A DNA stretch of 20,919 nt. It comes from an uncultured virus (IMG/VR IMGVR_UViG_3300014913_000010) (Duplodnaviria; Heunggongvirae; Uroviricota; Caudoviricetes). A model generated the notes under the pieces. The model ran no database searches, was not told where the DNA came from, and saw only the letters and a program-made list of their open reading frames with translations. The stretch lies in the IMG/VR virus record IMGVR_UViG_3300014913_000010; one strand, given 5' to 3'. Positions 8,586-15,734 of this stretch are shown here, piece after piece. Made by a program: the position numbers and the translations under genes. How positions within the stretch are numbered: the stretch's first letter is position 1; the number at the start of each line of letters is the position of its first letter.

Positions 8586-8612
8586 TGAAACCATTTAACA
8601 AAGGAGAAAGGG

Positions 8613-9863
8613 ATGAAGATTGGAATCCTATCACATTTTGGTAGTTTTCAAGCCTCATACGCCTTGCACGTCGGGTGGCATGAGCGAGCACGTTTACTAC
8701 AACACTTTAACCAGGACTTTGACTTCCTAGTAGATAAACATTGTAAGGAAGGTCTTTTTCCGAATCAAGTAAATGCTCTTTCCAAACGAGTGAAGACTAG
8801 TACTAATTTTACAGAACGTGCCGAGTACTTTCGGGATTTATATAAGGAAGTACTTAAACCTTATGATATTGTACTTACTGCTGATATGCTGTACCAGATA
8901 AAGGCAAATTTCCCTGCATACAATCAAGGCCTGCGATGGGCGGCACCTGATCTAAAGTGTCGGTGGGCACATTGGATTCATAGTGGTTGGATGCAACGTC
9001 CAAAACAACTACCCCGCTATCCAGAAAGTTTGCGGTGGCAACTTCCCGAAGGCGGCAATCATAAAATTATTTACTTAAATAGTTGGGAGTTAAATGATGT
9101 TGCCCGTATGTACGACACTTCTGGTAAGAATGTCTACTGCGTTTATAATCCAAAAGATCCTCGAACGTTTTTTGATTTTAGTCCTAAGGCTTGTGAGATA
9201 GTAAACCTTTTAGATCTTCCGAATAAAGATGTATTTCAGATCTTTCCTCACTCCGCAGAACGAATGCATAGTAAAGGAATCAGTTCTGTTATACGAATGT
9301 TCGCTGCTCTTAAACGGGCCGGGGCAAGGGTCGCTATCTGTTTTGCGAATGCTAATAGTAGAAGTGTTCAACCGGAGATAGCAAAAGAAAAAGAAAATAT
9401 GAAGGAGAAATATAATCTTATTGAAAATGAGGATTATGTTTTTACTTCTGATATTATGAAAAATCTTAGACCTCTTCCTCGAAAAGATGTTGCTGACCTT
9501 TTTAGAATGAGCAATCTTTTTGTTTTTGGGAGTTGGCGTGAAACTGTAGGTAACTGTTTTCAAGAAGCAAAGGCGTCCGGGTGTTTACTTGTACTAAGTG
9601 ATGGACTACCGTCAGCATTGGAAATGGGCGGTAAGGATGCTATTTACTTTAAGACTACTCATAAGACGCCCGGTGTTCGTGATGGTTATACCGGCGACAC
9701 TAGGGAAGTAAGATACAATGATGAGACAGGGTACTTCGATTACTATGCTCAGTTGATTCTCGAGCGTTTAGAAAAAACTACTCCTCTAACGGAACGTTGG
9801 AAATTTAGTTGGGAGTGGATATGGGAGAATCAACTTAAAGAACTTATTTATGGAGGATGGTAA
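8613..9863 (+). CDS. GT-B fold glycosyltransferase, GT4-like, 416 aa
   Basis: N-terminal MKIGIL, R-x3-KGI, and DLFRMSNLFVFGSWRETVGNCFQEAKASG containing the E-x7-E signature. RBS AAGGAG at 8601-8606. Confidence 0.88.
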   Translation: MKIGILSHFGSFQASYALHVGWHERARLLQHFNQDFDFLVDKHCKEGLFPNQVNALSKRVKTSTNFTERAEYFRDLYKEVLKPYDIVLTADMLYQIKANFPAYNQGLRWAAPDLKCRWAHWIHSGWMQRPKQLPRYPESLRWQLPEGGNHKIIYLNSWELNDVARMYDTSGKNVYCVYNPKDPRTFFDFSPKACEIVNLLDLPNKDVFQIFPHSAERMHSKGISSVIRMFAALKRAGARVAICFANANSRSVQPEIAKEKENMKEKYNLIENEDYVFTSDIMKNLRPLPRKDVADLFRMSNLFVFGSWRETVGNCFQEAKASGCLLVLSDGLPSALEMGGKDAIYFKTTHKTPGVRDGYTGDTREVRYNDETGYFDYYAQLILERLEKTTPLTERWKFSWEWIWENQLKELIYGGW

Positions 9864-9864
9864 A

Positions 9865-10668
9865 ATGGAGAAACCTATAGTACACTCATATTTGTCTGAC
9901 GGTATGTTTGAAAATGCTAAGGTGTTTGTGAAAAGTTTAGCAGTTACTACTAATGATAAGTTTGCTCTTTTCTTATCTACTAGAAATTTAACTGACGATC
10001 AATGTGACGAACTACTATATCTTCATCCAGATGTATCGATAGATAGTCAGAAATATGACTATGGCCTTATGGCGAAGGTTGCCGGGTTGCCGGTTGACAT
10101 ACTACTACAATACAAAAAGGAAGTAGAGTCTCGGTACGTGTCCCGTAAAAATAAGGTCTGGAAATTAATGGTCGCCGCGGACGACAGACCAAAGAGCCTG
10201 GCTAGTTTACTCTTCAATGATGACTTTGATGTAGATGTACCGGTGTTGCACTTTGACATAGATACTTTATTTCGAAAAGATATAAGTCCATTAGTAGATA
10301 AGGCTTATAATAATGATACTATGCTTTTACTTCGTTTAGATCATCCAAACGTAAAGGCCCGGATAACTATATCTACTATGACTTTTATGGCAACTGAGAA
10401 TACATATAAGTTTTTTGATAGGTGGTTTTACTACCTCGACGCTGTACCTCCGAGAGATCGGCCTATTGGTTATGGGCAAACTTCTTGCTGGTTAGGTTTT
10501 CGTGATGTGGAGAAACAACTTAAATATGAGAAGTTAAGTCCTGATTGGGGCTACCCCGGAAAGAAGTCAAATGGGCCGAATAACTTCGTCTGGTCTGGAG
10601 CAGTACATAAACTTACTAAAGATGATTGTGCTAAACTGTTCAGCACCGAGTTGAAGGAGATGAAATGA
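9865..10668 (+). CDS. GT-A fold nucleotide-diphospho-sugar transferase (GT8/GT77-like)
   Basis: DxD motif in VLHFDIDTLFRKDI, plus FFDRW and GQ downstream. Start placed at ATG 9865 behind GGAGG (9852-9856); the track start is 9850. Confidence 0.7.
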   Translation: MEKPIVHSYLSDGMFENAKVFVKSLAVTTNDKFALFLSTRNLTDDQCDELLYLHPDVSIDSQKYDYGLMAKVAGLPVDILLQYKKEVESRYVSRKNKVWKLMVAADDRPKSLASLLFNDDFDVDVPVLHFDIDTLFRKDISPLVDKAYNNDTMLLLRLDHPNVKARITISTMTFMATENTYKFFDRWFYYLDAVPPRDRPIGYGQTSCWLGFRDVEKQLKYEKLSPDWGYPGKKSNGPNNFVWSGAVHKLTKDDCAKLFSTELKEMK

Positions 10669-11858
10669 GAATAATAGTAGTTGGTGGAGATGGGTTTGTC
10701 GGTTGGCCTACCAGTTTGCGTCTTTCCGCAGAAGGTCATAGGATTACTATTGTAGACAACTTTGCCCGTAGGAATGCGGATCAGGAACTTAATTGTGAAT
10801 CACTTACCCCTATTAGTTTTATGAGTGAACGTGTTAAAGTATGGAATGAAACTACTCACAAAAAAATCTCTTTTAAACGTGTAGATGTTGCTAAGAACTA
10901 TTTTGGATTACTTGACGTTATCCGAAAGATCAGACCAGAAGTAATAATACATCTTGCTGAGCAACGAGCGGCTCCTTATTCTATGAAGTCTGGGCAACAT
11001 AAGCGATACACGGTGAACAATAATATAAATGCTACTCACAATATTCTCTGTGCTATAGTAGAGTCCGGCTTGGATATTCACTTAGTTCATATAGGAACTG
11101 CCGGGGTGTATGGATATAATGGAAGTAGTATACCTATACCAGAAGGGTACTTGGAGTATGAAGTACTCGACAAGGCAAGTGGCGACCGGGTTACAATGCG
11201 CGACTTGTTTCCTATGTCGCCGGGTAGTATATACCATATGACTAAGACAATGGATGCAATGATGTTTCGTTTCTACTCCCGTAATGATGGAGTAAGAATT
11301 ACTGATCTTCATCAAGGTGTCATATGGGGAGTCAATACCCCGGAGACAGAATTAGTAGAAGGACTAATAAATCGGTTCGACTATTGTGGTGATTATGGTA
11401 CAGTACTAAATCGTTTCCTTATGCAGGGAGCAAACAATCATCCGATTACTGTTTATGGATCGGGTGAACAAAAAAGAGCTTTTATCCATATCATAAATTG
11501 TTGTGATTGCCTTGGCCTAGCCATAGCCAACCCTCCACAGAAGTTTGATGAAGTAAAGATTTTTAATCAAACTACTGAGCAATTACGACTTATCGATCTG
11601 GCTAATATTGTTGCTGACGTGACAGGAGGAGAGATTCAGTACTGTACTAATCCTCGAGTAGAAAAAGATAAAAATGAGTTAGTACTTGAGAATAAGCAAT
11701 TTTTGGATCTTGGGCTTAATCCGATAAAAGTAGATCGAATGAACCTTGAGTCTATCTGTCAGTTGGCTTATCAATATCGGGAACGAATGAATAAAGAAGT
11801 AGTGTATACTTCTACTGGTTGGAGGAAAGGACTTAAATGTATTCCCTTGAACGAATAA
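10665..11858 (+). CDS. sqdB: UDP-sulfoquinovose synthase (SqdB/SQD1/Agl3 family extended SDR)
   Basis: Family-specific motifs along the whole length: GGDGFVGWPT, VDNFARR, SLTPI, HLAEQRAAPYSM, HLVHIGTAGVYGY, IPEG, PGSIYHMTK (YxxxK), DLHQGVIWG, NRFDYCGDYGTVLNRF, HPITVYGSGEQKRAFIHI, NPRVE. Confidence 0.93.
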   Translation: MRIIVVGGDGFVGWPTSLRLSAEGHRITIVDNFARRNADQELNCESLTPISFMSERVKVWNETTHKKISFKRVDVAKNYFGLLDVIRKIRPEVIIHLAEQRAAPYSMKSGQHKRYTVNNNINATHNILCAIVESGLDIHLVHIGTAGVYGYNGSSIPIPEGYLEYEVLDKASGDRVTMRDLFPMSPGSIYHMTKTMDAMMFRFYSRNDGVRITDLHQGVIWGVNTPETELVEGLINRFDYCGDYGTVLNRFLMQGANNHPITVYGSGEQKRAFIHIINCCDCLGLAIANPPQKFDEVKIFNQTTEQLRLIDLANIVADVTGGEIQYCTNPRVEKDKNELVLENKQFLDLGLNPIKVDRMNLESICQLAYQYRERMNKEVVYTSTGWRKGLKCIPLNE

Positions 11859-11875
11859 GCAGGAATCATTCTAAT
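11847..11875 (+). promoter_or_regulatory. Possible sigma70-like promoter (TTGAAC-N17-TCTAAT) upstream of the methyltransferase
   Basis: Partial consensus match with 17-nt spacing, running into one of the few real intergenic gaps (11859-11920). The AT-rich context makes a chance match likely. Confidence 0.2.
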
Positions 11876-11920
11876 TATAGTAAGGATATAGTACTAATAA
11901 AATTTTAAGTAGAGGAAAAT

Positions 11921-12460
11921 ATGAGAGCACACACTCGCTTTTTGATTAAGATTCTAAAGGGAAGAGAAATTAGTAATGTAGTAGAGATTGGCGTCTTTAA
12001 AGGCGATAATGCTTTCGGTTTACTAAAAGAACTTCCCATTGATTTATTAGTAGGTGTCGATCCATATATTCGTTACCCGGAGTTTGATAATAATCTTTCA
12101 AATAAGAAGGGAGTAGTTGCAAGGGCCGACTTGAATCAGGTTAAAAAAGATATGCTTTCCCGTATGGAGAAGTTTAGTAGTAGATTTGTACTTATGGAAG
12201 CATTTAGTGGAGAAGCCGCTACTCAATTTGACGATGAAACTTTTGATTTTATTTTCATCGACGGAAACCATTATTATGACTACGTTTATGAAGACATCTT
12301 AATTTGGTTTCCAAAATTAAAAAAGGGTGGTATAATATCTGGACATGATTACGTTAATAAACCAAACTATGGAATCATACAAGCAGTAGATAATTTACTA
12401 CCTAAAGCATCTTTTGCTTTAGGGCCAAAAGTTTGGTGGTACGATAAACCCATTACTTAA
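11921..12460 (+). CDS. Class I SAM-dependent methyltransferase (Methyltransf_24-like, probable sugar O-methyltransferase)
   Basis: Motif I VVEIGVFKG, then GVDPY, FDFIFIDGNHYY and LKKGGIISGHDY. Confidence 0.9.
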   Translation: MRAHTRFLIKILKGREISNVVEIGVFKGDNAFGLLKELPIDLLVGVDPYIRYPEFDNNLSNKKGVVARADLNQVKKDMLSRMEKFSSRFVLMEAFSGEAATQFDDETFDFIFIDGNHYYDYVYEDILIWFPKLKKGGIISGHDYVNKPNYGIIQAVDNLLPKASFALGPKVWWYDKPIT

Positions 12461-12470
12461 GGAGAAGAAA

Positions 12471-13145
12471 ATGATTACAGTGATTCTTGGGATGCATAGA
12501 AGTGGAACTAGTGCGCTAGGTGGTCTACTTCATTCCAATGGAATTGTTATGGGACGGGACGATGACTTCTATCCACCACCTATGAAAGAAAACCCAAAAG
12601 GGTTTTATGAAAATGTTCGTTTCAGAAGAATTAATGACCGGTTGTTAAAAGAAGTACAATACAACGTGAAGTCATTTAATCCTGAAATTCCAGAAGTGCC
12701 GATTACGCAAGATGAAAAATTGCGAAAGATGATGAAAGAACTTATTCGTGGATACGATAAGGAGTTTGATAATTGGGGATGGAAAGATCCGAGAACTTCT
12801 TTGACGTTTACTTCATGGATAGATGTCATGGCTGAAATGGAAGTACTGTCAGATGTGCGGTGCATTATTATTCTTCGGCCTAGTACGGAGGTTGCAATTT
12901 CCATGAGGGCAAGGGGAAACAAGGAGAAGTATAAAGGTCAATTCTCTAATTTAGCTATTGAATATGTCTCCCGTGCAGTTGGTATACTACAAAGTAATCC
13001 ATTAATACCGGTAGTTACTTTTCAATTTAAAGCCCTGCTCGAGCATACCGATGTGGTAGTAACACAATTAAAAGAACTACTTGAAGTTGAAATCAGTAAT
13101 ACTTCCTTTATAGATCCAGCAATAGCAATGACAGTAAGTAAATAA
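12471..13145 (+). CDS. PAPS-dependent sulfotransferase family protein
   Basis: 5'-PSB loop VILGMHRSGTSAL, plus NPKGFYE, WGWKDPR and IIILRP..VA.S. RBS AAGGAG upstream. Confidence 0.88.
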   Translation: MITVILGMHRSGTSALGGLLHSNGIVMGRDDDFYPPPMKENPKGFYENVRFRRINDRLLKEVQYNVKSFNPEIPEVPITQDEKLRKMMKELIRGYDKEFDNWGWKDPRTSLTFTSWIDVMAEMEVLSDVRCIIILRPSTEVAISMRARGNKEKYKGQFSNLAIEYVSRAVGILQSNPLIPVVTFQFKALLEHTDVVVTQLKELLEVEISNTSFIDPAIAMTVSK

Positions 13146-13157
13146 TAGGAGGCCCAG

Positions 13158-13697
13158 ATGCACGAAAGGGAGTTAATACAAGTAATGATTCCTTTTGATG
13201 TGGGCGGTAAACTGGCTAGTGCATATAATCGAGCAATGGAACGGGCAACCAGTGAATGGGTGCTATTCATCGATCACGATTTGTTTATATGCAATAAGCA
13301 CTGGTATCAGATGTGTTGTAGTGCTATCCAGCAGATAGGACATAAGACAGGATGGATTACTGCTGTTACTAATAGAATAGGCAATCCCTCCCAGAAAGTA
13401 GTTGGTGCGCCTATGTCTCATAATCTTATTGAACACACTGCCTTTGCTCGTCGTCTTTACTTAGAGCACGGTGAAACAGTAGAACGATGCAAAGGAGCAA
13501 TGAGTGGGTTTTGGATCTTGACGAATAAGACCGCATGGAAGGATTGCGGCGGTTTTGATGAAGGTCGAAAACGTCTACTAGGTGTTGACAATAAGTACTC
13601 CCAAGCGCTCAGCCGGGCCGGGTATGCTCACTATCGTTTGCCCGGTCTATACGTATATCATATTTATAAGCAAAAGAAACTTTACATGAGGTGGTAG
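13158..13697 (+). CDS. Short GT-A / GT2-like glycosyltransferase, 179 aa
   Basis: Motifs AYNRAME, WVLFIDHD (DxD), GGFDE, VDNKYS and VYH. RBS GGAGG upstream. Confidence 0.8.
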   Translation: MHERELIQVMIPFDVGGKLASAYNRAMERATSEWVLFIDHDLFICNKHWYQMCCSAIQQIGHKTGWITAVTNRIGNPSQKVVGAPMSHNLIEHTAFARRLYLEHGETVERCKGAMSGFWILTNKTAWKDCGGFDEGRKRLLGVDNKYSQALSRAGYAHYRLPGLYVYHIYKQKKLYMRW

Positions 13698-13699
13698 TA

Positions 13700-14131
13700 G
13701 TGGAATGCGGAGAATGCAACGCGTGTTGCAACTTACTAGATATAGAAGAAGTTAATAGTAAGCATGGTGAGTGGTGCGAGTTCTGCGTTCAAAAGGTTGG
13801 CTGTATGATATACGCAGAAAGACCGGACGAGTGTAAGAACTTCAATTGCTGTTGGGTGCAGATGGAGTACGCCGGAATAGAAATGAGACCTGACAAGTGC
13901 GGAGTACTTTTTGAGAAGTTCACCGATCATCTTATAGTAGGCGTCTCTCAAGGGATTATGTCTGATCTAGTAAATGGACAGATTGAATTTTTTAATCGTG
14001 AAAAAATCTCTGTTGTGATTATAAGTCATTTTAATAAATCAAAAAAGAACTACTTAGCTGAAGGCCATACAAAAACTTTTGTGGAGAATGAAATAAATGA
14101 CAACGCCGAGTTACACAGAAGATTTAACTGA
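13700..14131 (+). CDS. YkgJ-like CxxCxxCC cysteine-cluster (Zn/Fe-S) protein
   Basis: CGECNACC...C-x2-C...CMIYAERPDECKNFNCCW...RPDKCG. Start placed at GTG 13700 behind GAGGTG (13688-13693); the track start is GTG 13691. Confidence 0.8.
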   Translation: MECGECNACCNLLDIEEVNSKHGEWCEFCVQKVGCMIYAERPDECKNFNCCWVQMEYAGIEMRPDKCGVLFEKFTDHLIVGVSQGIMSDLVNGQIEFFNREKISVVIISHFNKSKKNYLAEGHTKTFVENEINDNAELHRRFN

Positions 14132-15707
14132 TATAGCAACTGGAGATGAGTCGAGTGGTTGGACTGACTTTAGTACTAATGATCAGGGCTCCCCGTCTTA
14201 TCAAGACAATGAGTATCCCTATATTCAGGGTAGTTATGCTATTACTCAGACCTGTAGTAAATCAAAGACCGTTGCTAATTTATGCTACGACTATGGTTCT
14301 GATACTAATGTTGGAACTGATGAGGCTATATTTATTTGGCAGTACTTCGCATCTCCATTTTCGATGGATGACTATGCTGGAACTACTACCGGTCAAGCTG
14401 GAATGTGCGTTCTTATGGGGAACAGTACTTCCAATTTCGATATCTGGGAAGTAGGCGGTCAGGATATTCCACCGAATCCATATGGCGGTTTTACTTGTCA
14501 TGCTGTCTGTCCTTCGGTTACAGCGGATGATATAAGTAACGGGCCAAGAACTTCTGAGCAATTTATTGGAGCACAAATCAATCTAACTGCTTATCCTTCT
14601 AAAGGTGAGCCGCATTCCGTTGATTGTATGCGGTTTGGTCGTGGTAGTGCTATATTTGAATATGGTGAAACTTCTGACTACTGTACTATCGCTGGTTTCG
14701 CTGCACAAAATGACAGTCAAAGTAATCGCTGGGGATTAATACAAGAGGTTTCTGGTGGGTATCTCTGGCAGGGTAGAATGCAATTTGGATCTGCTTCAAA
14801 CTTAGTAGATTTCCGAGATAGTAATGTAACTATTTTTATCAAATGGAATCCGAAAGTAACTGCCAACTTCAATACCATTGAAGTACTTAATGCTTCTAGC
14901 AATATTGAAATGACAGGCTTCCAGTTTATCGTTCTTGACACTACTACTGCTTCCAAAGGTCGATGGATTACTACCAATGATGCAACGGTAGAACTGACTA
15001 GTTGTCTCTTTCAGGATATGAGTACTTTCGTATTCGATTCCAATACTACACTTACCACTTGTACCTTTACTAGATGTGCTTTGGTAACACAAGGCGGTGC
15101 GACTTTAGACGGTTGTTTGTTTGATGAGCCATCTGGCGCTGTTGGAATGCTAGTAGACGATCCTGGTCTTATCGATAATAGTATTTTTGTTTCAGATGGA
15201 ACCGGTCACGCGATAGAACTTACTAGTGATTGTGCCGGTAATACCTATACATTGACCGGTATGACAGTTAGTGGTTATGCTTCTTCTAATGGCAGTACAG
15301 GCAATGAAGTAATTTATAACAACTCAGGCGGGGCAGTAACGATTAACGTTGACGGTGGTAGTGGTGTTTCTGCCTTAACAGTACGTAATGGAACCAGTGC
15401 GAGTACTACCATTCAAGCAAGTTTTGTGTTTACTATTACTGGTCTTGAACAAAATACAGAAGTAACAGTTGTAACTGCCGGTACTACTACTGTTTTGTAC
15501 CACTTAGAAAATGCAACGGTGTCGGATGGTGATGGAAAGTATAAAGCGGAATATACCCATAGTGGAGGCGGTACGATAGATGTACTAATTCACCATGTAA
15601 ACTATAAACCAGACATATCAAACATTCTTGGGGTCACTTTGCCAAGTGTTAATTCTTCGGCTAAAGTTACCATGTTTGAAGATGAGAACTACTACAATCC
15701 AGCATAA
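14097..15707 (+). CDS. Putative virion structural protein with central beta-helix-like segment, 536 aa
   Basis: Acidic and T/S/G-rich. Periodic x-C-x-F rungs (LTSCLF, LTTCTF, LDGCLF, IDNSIF). Ends DENYYNPA. Confidence 0.6.
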   Translation: MTTPSYTEDLTDIATGDESSGWTDFSTNDQGSPSYQDNEYPYIQGSYAITQTCSKSKTVANLCYDYGSDTNVGTDEAIFIWQYFASPFSMDDYAGTTTGQAGMCVLMGNSTSNFDIWEVGGQDIPPNPYGGFTCHAVCPSVTADDISNGPRTSEQFIGAQINLTAYPSKGEPHSVDCMRFGRGSAIFEYGETSDYCTIAGFAAQNDSQSNRWGLIQEVSGGYLWQGRMQFGSASNLVDFRDSNVTIFIKWNPKVTANFNTIEVLNASSNIEMTGFQFIVLDTTTASKGRWITTNDATVELTSCLFQDMSTFVFDSNTTLTTCTFTRCALVTQGGATLDGCLFDEPSGAVGMLVDDPGLIDNSIFVSDGTGHAIELTSDCAGNTYTLTGMTVSGYASSNGSTGNEVIYNNSGGAVTINVDGGSGVSALTVRNGTSASTTIQASFVFTITGLEQNTEVTVVTAGTTTVLYHLENATVSDGDGKYKAEYTHSGGGTIDVLIHHVNYKPDISNILGVTLPSVNSSAKVTMFEDENYYNPA

Positions 15708-15734
15708 TAACCTTAAACAGAAAGGAGAAAGACA

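Noticed and set aside
8600..8610. Identical 11-mer AAAGGAGAAAG before the GT4 gene and at 15721-15731 as a dedicated regulatory motif
   Set aside because: Adequately explained as a strong Shine-Dalgarno sequence in an A-rich context, with only two copies.
8613..13697. Cassette as a DNA hypermodification (glucosyl-hmC type) system
   Set aside because: No hydroxymethylase, thymidylate-synthase-like, kinase or replication genes are nearby, and the cassette sits among late structural genes. Disfavoured, but not formally excluded without the rest of the genome.
8613..13697. Cassette as a host O-antigen/serotype conversion or captured host EPS locus
   Set aside because: No flippase, polymerase, GtrA/GtrB-like or obviously membrane-anchored proteins are present. 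The genes look soluble and are co-oriented and closely coupled with virion genes on both sides.
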